Positions 8,532 through 18,993 of a stretch of 64,000 bases of DNA are shown piece after piece. How positions within the stretch are numbered: position 1 is the stretch's first letter; every line of letters begins with the position of its first letter. A model generated the notes under the pieces. It did not search any database. It had not been told where the DNA came from and worked only from the letters and a program-made list of their open reading frames with translations. The DNA is from an uncultured Phycisphaerales bacterium (GTDB taxonomy: Bacteria; Planctomycetota; Phycisphaerae; Tepidisphaerales; Tepidisphaeraceae): NCBI GenBank assembly GCA_963755915.1, contig CAVWLP010000002.1, forward strand, positions 992,001 through 1,056,000, in the 5' to 3' direction. The position numbers were made by a program, and so were the translations under genes.

Positions 8532-9712
8532 TCAATCAAATTCAAACGCATCCCGCGCAATCACCAGCGGCCGGTTCTGCCCGATATTCAGCAGAAATCC
8601 CGCCGCGATATAACTCGCCACCAAACTGCTCCCCCCATAACTGACGAACGGCAGCGTCACGCCGGTGACCGGAAAAAGCCGCATCACCACCGAGAGATTC
8701 AGGATCGCCTGCGCGGCCAGGATCGCCACGATTCCAATCGCCACCAGGCGCCGAACGGCTCGCGCGTCGAAGCGGCGATTTCGATGCCGGCGATGAAGAG
8801 CACGATATATGCCGCGAAGACCACGATCGATCCCACAAACCCGAACTGCTCGCCGATGATCGCGAAGATCATGTCGTTGTGGGCTTCAGGCACGTGGCGT
8901 CCGACGGGGATTTCGCCCGGCCCTTTGCCGGTCGCGCCGCCCGAGCCCATGGCGATGAGGGCGCGCATCTGCTGATATCCCGTCTCGCGCACCGTCTTGG
9001 GATCTTTGTTGAGAATCCCCGCAAGCCGGTCGCGCTGGTATGGCTGGACCACAGCCGGGAGATCCTGGAATAAGGGAACATTCGGATCGCCGCAGAGCCA
9101 AAGCAGCGGAATCAGCACCAATCCCATCCCAACGATGGCCAACAGGTGCTTGATCTTCGCCCCCGCGACAAAAAGCATGGTGAAGAGCGCCGGCACAAAC
9201 AGCGCCGCCACCCCCAGGTCCGGCTGGCGCAGGATCAGTACCACCGGAATGAGCGTCAGCAGAAATGGCGTAAGCAGGCCCGTCATCGTGCGGTAGTTGT
9301 CGCGAAAGCGCAGATATCGCGCCAGCACGAGAATGAAAGAGATTTTCATCAGCTCTGAAGGCTCAAAGCTGACGCCGCCCGGAAACGTGATCCAGCAGCA
9401 CGCCCCCTTGATGCTGTGTACGCCCGGGATGGTGTGGAAGTGCTTTTCGGCGAGGCCGCCCAGCAGCGTGTAGCCGATAAGGATGATGCTGACGAAAAAG
9501 AGCACCCAGGCATATCGCCCCAGGATGACATAGTTGACGCCCTGAATCGCCGCCATCACCGCGACGGCGACGGCCAGAAACACCAATTGCTTGGGCCCAT
9601 CCGCAGGGGAATCGACCCAGATGCTCATCACGCCCAGCGCCGAAAGCACGGTAACCGCCGCGATGATCGGCCAGTTCGACGCGATCGCGAGTTGTTGCCA
9701 AAGCTGGTTCAT
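8532..9712 (-). CDS. rodA: Rod-shape-determining SEDS protein RodA/FtsW, frameshift near 8750
   Basis: FEPSELMK, RQPDLG, PYQRDR, GYQ..RALIAMGSGG, PEAHNDMIF. C-terminal PVTGVTLPFVSYGGSS is in the second frame. Lies downstream of PBP2. Confidence 0.88.
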
Positions 9713-9751
9713 TTCGCCGCCGTGTTGGCGATAATGATGCCGGCAAAAGTT

Positions 9752-10756
9752 ATGTCAACAACCGGCGGGCGTTTATCAATATCTCTTTGCACGTTTAACG
9801 GAGCGCGGTTCCTGCCGGAACAGCTTGCCAGCCTCCTGGCCCAGACGCTCAAGCCTGATGAGCTGGTGGTGTGCGACGATCATTCCACGGATCAGAGCGT
9901 GGAAATCATCCGCCAATTCGCGGCCACCGCGCCGTTCGAAGTTCGCCTGCACATTCAGGAAAAAAATCTCGGCTGGGCCGCGAACCGCCAGGACAGTTAT
10001 TCCCGCTGCCGCGGGGAGTTCGTTGCCGTTTGCGATCAGGATGATGTGTGGGACGCCAATAAGGTGGAGGTGATGATGCAGGCGCTGGAAGCCCCCACCC
10101 TAACCCTCCCCCGGAGTACCAGGGGAGGGGATCGCTTGTTGGCGTTTTGCGACAGCCGGGTGGTGAATGAATCGCTGGAGGATCTGGGGTACACCACATT
10201 TCAGATCACCGCATTCGACAAATCGAGACAAAAGCTCGTGCAGGAGGGCCGCAGCCTCGAAGCGCTGATGGCGAACATTCCGCTGGCGGATGCGACCATG
10301 GTGATTCGATCGTCGCTGCTGAAATGGGTGCTGCCGATTCCTCCGCAGTGGCTGCCGGACGCATGGATGGCGATCGTCGCCGCGGCGACGGGCGGATGCG
10401 CCATCGTGCCGCGGGCGCTGCAATCCTATCGGCAGCACCCGCGAAATCTCTCCGGCGGGCAGCGGATGGGATTCGCGCAGCGATACCGCCGGATGCGGCA
10501 GCCGGGAGATTATTTTCTCGAGCAGGAAACGCGATTTTCGATTTTGCGGGAAAGGTTGGTTTCGCTGGGGCCGACAGTGGTAAGCGAAAAAACCTTCGAG
10601 CTGATCGACCGCAGGATTCGTTTCGCCGCCGCCCGGCGGATGATGCGCCAGCGCCCACTCACCCGGCCGTTTCTCATCTTACGCGAACTGGCGCGGGGAA
10701 ATTATCATCAATTGGGAACAGGGTTTCGAACCTTGGCAATGGATCTGGTGATCTAA
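9752..10756 (+). CDS. Family 2 glycosyltransferase
   Basis: SISLCTFNGARFLPEQLAS, VCDDHSTD, CDQDDVW, YRQHPRN. Confidence 0.92.
   Translation: MSTTGGRLSISLCTFNGARFLPEQLASLLAQTLKPDELVVCDDHSTDQSVEIIRQFAATAPFEVRLHIQEKNLGWAANRQDSYSRCRGEFVAVCDQDDVWDANKVEVMMQALEAPTLTLPRSTRGGDRLLAFCDSRVVNESLEDLGYTTFQITAFDKSRQKLVQEGRSLEALMANIPLADATMVIRSSLLKWVLPIPPQWLPDAWMAIVAAATGGCAIVPRALQSYRQHPRNLSGGQRMGFAQRYRRMRQPGDYFLEQETRFSILRERLVSLGPTVVSEKTFELIDRRIRFAAARRMMRQRPLTRPFLILRELARGNYHQLGTGFRTLAMDLVI
10092..10130 (-). repeat. REP family A copy inside the GT2 reading frame
   Basis: cccccaccctaaccctcccccggagtaccaggggagggg is the reverse-orientation REP-A. It is translated as part of APTLTLPRSTRGGD. Confidence 0.85.
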
Positions 10757-10757
10757 A

Positions 10758-11564
10758 TCACTCAAACGCGATCGCCGGCAAAACGCGGGATCGCTTCCCC
10801 TTCAGGCAGTAGACCCACAAAACGTCCCCAGCGGAAGCCTTTTTCGCGAAGGCGGCGGGAAGTATCACCGAATTGAGATCGTTGTCGTTAAACCCATATC
10901 GCGTGAACTGCGCCAGCTTCGATCGCGGCGCCAGCGCGGAACTGCGCAGCGAGACGATCTGAATCGGCAGCGAGTCGCCAAGGCGATAAATGCGCAGCAC
11001 CCGCTGGCGGATCAGATAGCTGACGCCGAGCGTGACTGCCCCGGTCAGCAGCGCCAGCCCGGCGCCCAGCATGCTGTGGATGAGCGGCTCCATATACGTC
11101 CGGCTGGTCCACTGGGTTGGGTCATTCGGATCGATGCGGATGGGAATCGTGGTGTTCTCCGTAGCCGATCGTTCCGGCCCTTCAAGCGCGCCGGAGACGT
11201 TGTAGGTCTGCCCGTTGTAGTCGAAGGAGAGATCCAGATCGCTTCCGGGCGGCCGCATGTGGTGCAGGCCTCCAATCATTGCCTGGACGACGACGCCATG
11301 CTCGACGAGATTCTTATCCGCGATCCAATCCGAGGTTTCGACGGCCGCTTCACAAATGGCGGCGATGAAAAGGCAAAGAGCCACGAGCCACCAGAACCGC
11401 GCGTGCGGCTCCATCCACCCGGCCCATTTGGCGGCGCGCGTCATCGGGCGCGGAGGAGGCGGGGTAGGGTCGGGAAGCTTGGAAGCCGCGGGCGCCCCGC
11501 CGCCGGCATAGGGAATCACGGGGGGTCTGCGGGTGGACGGGGGTTTACCGAGGGATTCTGCCAA
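10758..11564 (-). CDS. Two-TM membrane protein, DUF3592-like
   Basis: TM helix, LVEHGVVVQA, FDYNGQTY, IPIRIDPNDP, second TM helix. TTG start with GGAG upstream. Confidence 0.6.
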   Translation of the reverse strand: MAESLGKPPSTRRPPVIPYAGGGAPAASKLPDPTPPPPRPMTRAAKWAGWMEPHARFWWLVALCLFIAAICEAAVETSDWIADKNLVEHGVVVQAMIGGLHHMRPPGSDLDLSFDYNGQTYNVSGALEGPERSATENTTIPIRIDPNDPTQWTSRTYMEPLIHSMLGAGLALLTGAVTLGVSYLIRQRVLRIYRLGDSLPIQIVSLRSSALAPRSKLAQFTRYGFNDNDLNSVILPAAFAKKASAGDVLWVYCLKGKRSRVLPAIAFE

Positions 11565-11593
11565 TCGTCGCTCCGGAAAATTGCTGTGGGGCT

Positions 11594-13900
11594 CTACTTC
11601 GCAGCCGAAAGGTAACCGTGCTTGAAGCAGTCTACAAGCAGGTCGTGAGCGATGGGCCCCGCGACCCGGCCACCCGACGCACCGTACTCCACAAGAACGC
11701 AAAACGCGATCTGCGGATGGTCGGCGGGTGCATATCCCATAAACCAGGCATGAGCCAGGTGTTTTTCAGGCGGTGTATTGTCGGGTGAAGTCGGCTTAAT
11801 GTACCACCCCTCGGTTCCAGGGTCGCCGAAATGGATTTGCTGGAAGCCGATGAACTTGCCGCTGGCGTCGCGCTGCATAATCGACATGAACCCGCCCGTC
11901 TGGGCCGAGCCGGTCTTCCCCGCGATCGGAATATTAAGAAGGGGGTCCTGATCGAGCGGCGGATCATCGGGGCCGCGATCTATCCACTCCGGTCGAATCC
12001 AGTACCCCGAGCCGTCGGCACTGCACACTTCTTTCATGCCCAGTTGAACGGCATCGAGCGCCTCCCGCGAAAGATGCAGATCGACCCGGTCCGGCGTCGG
12101 ATCGTCCGATGCGCGCGAGCCAAATCGTCCCACGTCCGCATCTTCCACCAGCCGCGGGCGCATCCAGATTCCGTTGCGGGCAATGGTCGCGGCGACGTTG
12201 GCCATCTGGATCGGCGTGGCTTGAATGTGCCCTTCGCCGATTCCCAGCGACCACGTCTGCGTCTGGGCTTCGACAGAGAATTGTCCGTTTTGACCAAACA
12301 GCAGCCCGGGGCTCTCCTCAATGCCGATCCCGGTCCGCTGGCCCAGTCCAAAGTTTCTGAACCACTTGCACAAGTCGGCGATGCCCATCCGCAGAGCGAC
12401 CGTCTCAAAGACAACATTGCAACTGTCCTTGATGCCATCGGAGATGGTGAGCATATCAGAGCTAAGCTCCCTATCGCCCGCCGCATAATGGCTAATGGGA
12501 CCGCCGCTGTTCTTTAGCGCTGCGTTTATCCAGCAATGCCCATAGGACTGCGGGCGACCGTCGATCATAAGCTCGCCGTGGCACTCGATTCGATCGGTTG
12601 CCTTCATCACGTGGTCGGTGATCGACCCGCTGCCGACGATCGGCTTGGCAGTGGAACCGGGAACAACCGCCAGCTCGGTGGCGCGGTCGAGGAGGGGGCG
12701 GTCCAACTCATTCGATGCCAGCTCGGCATAGTGTACGTCGAGGTCTTTGGGGTCGTAGCCCGGGTTGGAAACCAGCGCCAGGACTTCCCCGGTGTCGACC
12801 TTGATGACGACGGCGGCGCCGTGCTGGTTCCAGCGGGTGTCGACGATCACCCCCTTTTCGCGATGAACGCGCGGCTTCATGAATTCGTTTTCGATGTCGT
12901 TCTGCAGCGATTCGTCGATGGTGAGCGAGACGTCCGTGCCGGGAATCGCCTCGATGCGGTCGACGACTTTCTCGGTGCCGGCGACGGTTTCGATTTTGCC
13001 GCGGGTGCCGCGCAGGGTGTTTTCGCACAGGGCTTCGATGCCGGCGCGGCCGGAGAGGTCCCCCAGCCAGTATTTGCGAAGCTCCGGCAAATCACAGGTG
13101 ATTTCGTCCGGGGCAGCGGCTTCTAGATATCCCAGCACGTTGCAGGCGACGCGCCCGAAGGGATAGTCGCGGTATTTGCTCGGCTGCAGGCTCAGGCACC
13201 AGAACCGGTCCTCCTCGCGGGCGAGCCGGGCCTGAATTTCCGGGGGAATGTTTTTCAGGATCACGTGCGGCTGCGTCTCGTCGCCTATGGGCGGATCGTA
13301 TTTGTCGAAATCGGAATCGGCCCCGCTGTCGGCAAGAAATTCGCGATACCACCTCGAGGAATTCTCCTCCTGGTTGTGCGCGGCCGTTTCGTAGTTGTGC
13401 CACCACTTGTAACGCTTTCGCATTTCCACGCGCTGGACGATGTCGCGGCGGATTTCGTCGATCTGATCCGGCGTCTTCCCGCCGGCGGCGGCGAGCTCAG
13501 TCCACATGTCGGCAATGTCAGCGCGGACGGCGTCGGATTGCGCGTCGAGCGTCTGCTGCCAATCGGATGAATGGGAGGCGGATTTAAACTGGTCGCCGAG
13601 TTTTTGTTTCAGAAGCTGGACGGCGCGGGCCTGGACGTAGAGGTCATCCACGTCTTCGGGAATGGCCGGATAATCGACGCAGGCGTCGATGCACGGCGCG
13701 TCGATGGCCAGCGTGCTGCCCTTGCGATCCAGGATCGCGCCGCGGGTGGTTTCGATGAACTCTCCCCGCTTCATGATTTCCGTGGCCTGGCTGCTCCAGG
13801 TGTTGTGCTGGACAATCTGGATCTGCCCGGCCCGGATCGCCAGGGCGGCCGAGGTCAGCAGAAGGATGACTAGAAGGATTTTGAGGCGGCGTTCGAACAT
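11594..13900 (-). CDS. mrdA: Penicillin-binding protein 2 (class B transpeptidase)
   Basis: N-terminal TM, RGAILDRKG, RDYPFG, GRAGIE, PGSTAK (SxxK), SCN (SxN), KTG, HAWFMGYAP. Confidence 0.9.
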   Translation of the reverse strand: MFERRLKILLVILLLTSAALAIRAGQIQIVQHNTWSSQATEIMKRGEFIETTRGAILDRKGSTLAIDAPCIDACVDYPAIPEDVDDLYVQARAVQLLKQKLGDQFKSASHSSDWQQTLDAQSDAVRADIADMWTELAAAGGKTPDQIDEIRRDIVQRVEMRKRYKWWHNYETAAHNQEENSSRWYREFLADSGADSDFDKYDPPIGDETQPHVILKNIPPEIQARLAREEDRFWCLSLQPSKYRDYPFGRVACNVLGYLEAAAPDEITCDLPELRKYWLGDLSGRAGIEALCENTLRGTRGKIETVAGTEKVVDRIEAIPGTDVSLTIDESLQNDIENEFMKPRVHREKGVIVDTRWNQHGAAVVIKVDTGEVLALVSNPGYDPKDLDVHYAELASNELDRPLLDRATELAVVPGSTAKPIVGSGSITDHVMKATDRIECHGELMIDGRPQSYGHCWINAALKNSGGPISHYAAGDRELSSDMLTISDGIKDSCNVVFETVALRMGIADLCKWFRNFGLGQRTGIGIEESPGLLFGQNGQFSVEAQTQTWSLGIGEGHIQATPIQMANVAATIARNGIWMRPRLVEDADVGRFGSRASDDPTPDRVDLHLSREALDAVQLGMKEVCSADGSGYWIRPEWIDRGPDDPPLDQDPLLNIPIAGKTGSAQTGGFMSIMQRDASGKFIGFQQIHFGDPGTEGWYIKPTSPDNTPPEKHLAHAWFMGYAPADHPQIAFCVLVEYGASGGRVAGPIAHDLLVDCFKHGYLSAAK

Positions 13901-14052
13901 TTGGATTTTTTAGCTGGCGTTTCGGGATGGGAACGTCCGTGTTTTGGGGTTCGGCATCCGTGCCGGGAGGGAGTATATCGCGGCGAATGGGGAATGCCGA
14001 ACGAAAGACGGGTGCTAATTGAAATTCTGCATGAAAGGGTAGAATTTAACTG

Positions 14053-14697
14053 ATGCCGCCGAGGCAAATCGCGCAACGAATCGCCAAGGTTGTATTGCAG
14101 GCCGTTATCTGGTCGGGCATTGCCGGGATTGTTTTTAATTCCGCGATGATTCTGGGACTTTTCGGCCCTGTGCACTGGGCAAATTACGGGCCTGGAGAGG
14201 AGACGGAAGCGGTTCAACTGCCGGATGGGCGATATGCAATTCTGCTGCAGCTTGTGATGCGGGTTCAGATTTATTCGCCGAATATGCAATTCCTCTATGG
14301 CTGGAACATTGGCCCGTCGGAATCGGAGCAAATCCGGCTTGCCGACGATGGCAATCTCAATCTCTACGCCCAGCTCGTAAGGCATGATCCCCAGGGGTGG
14401 GCGCACAAGGTCTACGATCTCAACGGCAATTTTATTTTGAAGGATGTCATTCCCGTCCCCAGCGGACCCGTAAATCCCGCAAAATTACCGGGAAGCGGCC
14501 CGCAACCGGTAACCGTACCCGGCGGCTCGCCGTGGTGGTGGACGTTCCCGTTCCGGAACGGAGTGTACGGTTTTGCCACCCTCTTCGGGGGTGCGCTCGT
14601 GGGCATAATAGCCAGTTATATCTTCTATACGCCGGAGGAGCGCCAAGCCTACCGCGCTCGCATGCGGAATCGCCGGCGGCAACCGGGATGGAGATAA
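14053..14697 (+). CDS. Hypothetical membrane protein
   Basis: Two hydrophobic segments flanking a beta-rich domain. No family recognised. Confidence 0.55.
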   Translation: MPPRQIAQRIAKVVLQAVIWSGIAGIVFNSAMILGLFGPVHWANYGPGEETEAVQLPDGRYAILLQLVMRVQIYSPNMQFLYGWNIGPSESEQIRLADDGNLNLYAQLVRHDPQGWAHKVYDLNGNFILKDVIPVPSGPVNPAKLPGSGPQPVTVPGGSPWWWTFPFRNGVYGFATLFGGALVGIIASYIFYTPEERQAYRARMRNRRRQPGWR

Positions 14698-14746
14698 AGG
14701 GGCCGTTTGCGGAAAAGGCGAAAAAGGGGTAGAGCGGGCTTAGGAA

Positions 14747-16606
14747 ATGGATAATGTAATCGATGCCGACTCTGCCCGTCTACTGGCTCGGCATCGTTTT
14801 CGATGGCCACATATCATTGCGTTAATTCTTTTGTTCTCTGCCGGCGCCGCAGTCCGGTTTTATCAATTGGGGAAACAAAGTCTCTGGCTTGACGAATATT
14901 GGGGCGTCTACAACTCCACCGGGTTTGGGCAGCCGGGCACTTCGGTTTTCCATGCGCCGGCCGGTGCGGTGTTAGACCCGCCTCCCCCGACCGGATTTGC
15001 CAATGCGCCGCCCTGGTGGCATATCTGGAACGGGTTGGATAATACGTTTCATCCGCCATTGTTCTACATATTGTTACGATTTTGGATCAAATTGTGGGGC
15101 GATTCGGATATTGCGGTTCGCTCGCTGTCAGCAATCTTCGGCCTGGGCGGCGCGCTACTGCTGCTGAAACTGATCCATCGCATTCACGGACCCTGGCGGG
15201 GGTTGATAGCCGCAGGGCTAATGCTCTTTTCCTGGGAACAGATCGATCAATGCCGTCAGGCGCGACCCTATACGCTGCTGGTTTTTATTGGCCTGATTTG
15301 CATTGATCTCGTGATGCGGATGAATCGTCGCGCTGCCACTCCACGTAAGGTATTACTGTTGTTCCTGTTCGCCGCCGCGATGGAATTGACACATTATTTT
15401 GCCGTAGGCTTTTTAGCCGGGCTGGGGATTTATGTGCTGATACATTTTCGCGGGCGTGATCGGGCGTTCATTCTGGGGGCGCTGGTGAGTGCCGCGGTGG
15501 TCGTGATCGCAGCATGGGGCTCATTTTTCTTCGGAGACCGTCAGATTTGGCAATACCAAACCGGTTATCCGGCGCCTGGAACAAATTCCCAGATCGCAGA
15601 GCAATTGCTTCAATTACCGACACGCATGGTGCTTTCACCCTGGCATTTCACCTGGACCGCGACGATTCCCTTGATGGTTTTGGTTTGTATTCTTCCGATT
15701 GTTCAGATGCACCGAAGCTCCGACACATTGTTCTGGTGGTTCTGGATGATGGCTGGTGAATTGCTCATTGCCGCCATTGATGTGTATCACCAAACCCTGA
15801 CGGTCTTTGTTTTGAAATATGCCCTTCCCGCTTCCGTCGGCATGTTCGCGCTGTTGGCGATCCAGCCGCCGCTCCAGGGACGAGAGGGGCGATTTCGCGC
15901 GCCCATTCTCATTTTTTTGTGTTTCGGGGCATTGTGGAGCGTGATTGAAATGATGCATTTCGAGAAACTGCTGCCGCCAGAACAATGGGGGCTGCTTCTG
16001 GTTCCGGCGATTTTGCTGGTTTTGATGGTCGGCTTGAGAAATTCATGGTGGCTTTGGACCGTAGCGGGGATGGTTTTGGCGGCATGCTCGAATCTATTTT
16101 TATTGTCGGCGAGTGGTTCGCATCCAATGCTTGCGCTGATCCTCGGGCCATTTATATTTATTCTTTTGGCGGGAACGGCTCCGCGCGGACCTGTCAATCA
16201 AAAGCTTCCGCTGGCCGCCGCATGGGCTCTGGTTGGTTGGGCGATCGTGATAGACGTTCAGTCTGTAATCTCCAACAGATGGGACGTCAGTAAGGTGGAT
16301 TGGCGGGCAACTTCGCGTGAGATTGACGAAAAGACCGGACCGCGCGATGTGATCGCCTTTATAGGAGATGGGAAAATCGATTCGGCTTTAATGTATATAG
16401 CTTACAAGCGATATTCACCGGATTCGAAGCGTCCGGTAATGATATTGGGCGATCATCCCGTCGATCCCAAGACACTTGGGAATTATCCTGTCGTGTGGGT
16501 TGCCGGGCGTGATGCGGACGCGGATACATCGCGATTTTTCCGGGGATTCCGGCATGGTCCAGTGACACAACTTTCGGCTTGCGAGATTTGGCCGGTGTTA
16601 CAATAG
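14747..16606 (+). CDS. GT39/ArnT-PMT-like integral membrane glycosyltransferase
   Basis: QSLWLDE, HPPLFYILL, VRSLSAIFG, QARPYTL, THYFA and many TM helices. Confidence 0.82.
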   Translation: MDNVIDADSARLLARHRFRWPHIIALILLFSAGAAVRFYQLGKQSLWLDEYWGVYNSTGFGQPGTSVFHAPAGAVLDPPPPTGFANAPPWWHIWNGLDNTFHPPLFYILLRFWIKLWGDSDIAVRSLSAIFGLGGALLLLKLIHRIHGPWRGLIAAGLMLFSWEQIDQCRQARPYTLLVFIGLICIDLVMRMNRRAATPRKVLLLFLFAAAMELTHYFAVGFLAGLGIYVLIHFRGRDRAFILGALVSAAVVVIAAWGSFFFGDRQIWQYQTGYPAPGTNSQIAEQLLQLPTRMVLSPWHFTWTATIPLMVLVCILPIVQMHRSSDTLFWWFWMMAGELLIAAIDVYHQTLTVFVLKYALPASVGMFALLAIQPPLQGREGRFRAPILIFLCFGALWSVIEMMHFEKLLPPEQWGLLLVPAILLVLMVGLRNSWWLWTVAGMVLAACSNLFLLSASGSHPMLALILGPFIFILLAGTAPRGPVNQKLPLAAAWALVGWAIVIDVQSVISNRWDVSKVDWRATSREIDEKTGPRDVIAFIGDGKIDSALMYIAYKRYSPDSKRPVMILGDHPVDPKTLGNYPVVWVAGRDADADTSRFFRGFRHGPVTQLSACEIWPVLQ

Positions 16607-16758
16607 AACCGCGCGCCGAATTAAAAACTCATCGCCGACTTTGAACTTTTCCCATCGCTCGTCGGTCTATTCGCGCGCTTCTGTTTAGTCATCAAAAGAG
16701 CACAATCGAATACAACCAATGCCAAAAGCCGGGAATTGGGTACCCCATTTCGCCCATC

Positions 16759-17409
16759 TTACCCATTTTGTTGCGGACTGTTACCTTTTGTACCTGATAG
16801 TCCTGCGTCAAATTTTTTTTCAGCCGCGATCGCATGAAACGCCCGGCCTTCCATCGCGTATTTGCGCTGAAAATTAGTTCCGACATCTCCAGGCGCGTAA
16901 GGGATTTCCGTGAGCGGCGATTTGCGGACTACGTCCTGAATCTGCTCAAAATATTCCGCGTGATCGGTGACAATCTGGAGCCGCCCCGCGGAACCAAGCA
17001 CGCGCTGGATTTCCAGAAGAAACGGCGGCTGGATGAGCCGGCGCTTGTGGTGGCGTTTTTTGGGCCAGGGGTCGGGGAAATAAATGTGCACCACCGCCAG
17101 CGAGGCGCTGGGCACAAACTCGCGCAGAAAATACGCCGCCTCGGCCCGGCAGGTGCGGACGTTCGTGCAGTTGTTCCGCCGCAGGCGGTCGCTGGCGTAA
17201 CGCCAGTACCAGCGGGCGTATTCGATTCCGAAAAAATTGGTCTGCGGCCGGGACTTCGCCTCGGCGGTCAGGAAGGTGCCTTTGCCGATGCCGATTTCGA
17301 ATTCGACCGGGTTGTCGTTTCCGAAGAGAACGGCCCAGTTGATCGGATGGGGAAGCGATTCCACATCCAGACCGATGGGCTCGACGATCAGGTCGGTGGA
17401 AGATTGCAT
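16759..17409 (-). CDS. trmB: tRNA (guanine-N7)-methyltransferase
   Basis: EIGIGKG, FFGIE, YFPDPWPKKRHHKRRL, TDHAEY, TNFQRK. Confidence 0.95.
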   Translation of the reverse strand: MQSSTDLIVEPIGLDVESLPHPINWAVLFGNDNPVEFEIGIGKGTFLTAEAKSRPQTNFFGIEYARWYWRYASDRLRRNNCTNVRTCRAEAAYFLREFVPSASLAVVHIYFPDPWPKKRHHKRRLIQPPFLLEIQRVLGSAGRLQIVTDHAEYFEQIQDVVRKSPLTEIPYAPGDVGTNFQRKYAMEGRAFHAIAAEKKFDAGLSGTKGNSPQQNG

Positions 17410-17415
17410 TGAACG

Positions 17416-18993
17416 TCAGTGTTTGAAATGCCGCCGGCCGGTAAGGATCAGGGCGGCGCCGCGCTGATTGATCAAATCGACGGTTTCGTGGTCTTTCACG
17501 GATCCGCCGGGGTGGACGATGGCGGTGACGCCGGCGTCGAGAAGAAGCTGCGGCGCATCGGGGAAGGGAAAAAACGCATCGCTCGCGGCGACAGCCCCGG
17601 CGGAGCGAGTGCCTGCTTTGGAGATCGCCAGTCGCGCGGCGCTGGGGCGGTCCATCTGGCCCGCGCCGGCGCCCAGGAGCATCTGGGACTTGCAGATGAC
17701 GATCGCGTTGCTCTTCACGTGCTTGCAGGCAATCCAGGCGAATTTCAGATCGAGCAGCTCGGCTTCCGTCGGCGGGCGGCGCGAGGCGACGTTCCACGTC
17801 GATTCGTCCACGCCGGCCAGATCGCGCTCCTGGAGCAGGTATCCGCCGACGATTTTGTGCATGTGAAGCTCGGTGGAGTCGGGGGTGCCGATGGGACCGA
17901 CTTTCAGCAGCCGGACGTTTTTCCAGCGGTCGCGGAGGATTTTCAGTGCGTCATCGGTAAAATCCGGCGCGACGACAACTTCCAGCAGCTTGTCGATGGA
18001 AACGATCGCCGAGGCGGTGGTTTGATCGACCTGGCGGTTGAGCGCCAGGATTCCCCCGAAGGCGGCGAGGGGATCGCTGTCGAAAGCGCGGTGAAAGGCT
18101 TCGGCAGGGGTTTCGGCAACCGAGCAGCCGCAGGGCGTGGCATGTTTGACGATGCAGGCCGCCGGCCGCGCAAATTCCTTGACGACGCCGAGCGCGGCAT
18201 CGCCGTCCAGAAGATTGATATACGAAAGCTCCTTGCCATGAAGCTGGGTCGCGGTGGTGACGGAAGCTTCCGCCGATTTGCGGCCATCGACATAAAGCGC
18301 TGCGCGCTGGTGCGGATTTTCCCCATATCGCAACTGCTGCCGGCGGGTGAGGCTGATCTGCAACTGCTCGGGCAGCGGCTCGGGATCGATCTGCCGGCGA
18401 AGGTAATCCGCAATGGCCGCGTCGTAAGCGGCCGTATGCGCGAACGCCCGAGCGGCCTGCTTAAACCGATGCGCCCCGCACGATGACCCGCCATGCTTGC
18501 GCAGATCACCGAGGATTTTCTCATACTGTCCCGGATCGACGGCGACGAGGACGAAGCGGTAGTTTTTCGCCGCCGAGCGGATCATCGCTGGCCCGCCGAT
18601 GTCGATATTCTCGATCGCCTCCTCGAGCGAAACGCCCGGCTTGGCGATGGTCTGCTGGAAGGGATAAAGGTTCACGCACAGCAGGTCGATGGGGGGAATT
18701 CCGTGGGTTGCCATCGCCTCGGCATGGCGTGGATTGTCACGCAGGGCCAGCAAACCACCGTGGATTTTCGGATGGAGGGTTTTGACGCGCCCGTCCATCA
18801 TCTCGGGAAAGCCGGTGACGTCGGAAACTTCGGCAACCTTCAGCCCCGCGTCGCGCAGGGCCTTGGCGGTGCCTCCGGTGCTGACAAGCTCAACCTTGAA
18901 TTCCCCGGCAAGTGCCGAGGCAAATTCCAAAAGTCCGGTTTTGTCTGACACAGAGAGGAGCGCGCGGCGAACTGGAATCAAATCATCGGGCAT
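17416..18993 (-). CDS. purH: Bifunctional AICAR transformylase/IMP cyclohydrolase
   Basis: RRALLSVSDKTG, GRVKTLHPKIHGG, IDIGGP, LRYGENPHQ, ASDAFFPF, RHFKH. Confidence 0.98.
   Translation of the reverse strand: MPDDLIPVRRALLSVSDKTGLLEFASALAGEFKVELVSTGGTAKALRDAGLKVAEVSDVTGFPEMMDGRVKTLHPKIHGGLLALRDNPRHAEAMATHGIPPIDLLCVNLYPFQQTIAKPGVSLEEAIENIDIGGPAMIRSAAKNYRFVLVAVDPGQYEKILGDLRKHGGSSCGAHRFKQAARAFAHTAAYDAAIADYLRRQIDPEPLPEQLQISLTRRQQLRYGENPHQRAALYVDGRKSAEASVTTATQLHGKELSYINLLDGDAALGVVKEFARPAACIVKHATPCGCSVAETPAEAFHRAFDSDPLAAFGGILALNRQVDQTTASAIVSIDKLLEVVVAPDFTDDALKILRDRWKNVRLLKVGPIGTPDSTELHMHKIVGGYLLQERDLAGVDESTWNVASRRPPTEAELLDLKFAWIACKHVKSNAIVICKSQMLLGAGAGQMDRPSAARLAISKAGTRSAGAVAASDAFFPFPDAPQLLLDAGVTAIVHPGGSVKDHETVDLINQRGAALILTGRRHFKH

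Noticed and set aside
17419-18486. Long antisense ORFs (here and at 37316, 33330, 54436, 55695, 20329 and others)
   Set aside because: Shadows of well-supported genes on the other strand in high-GC DNA, with no motifs.
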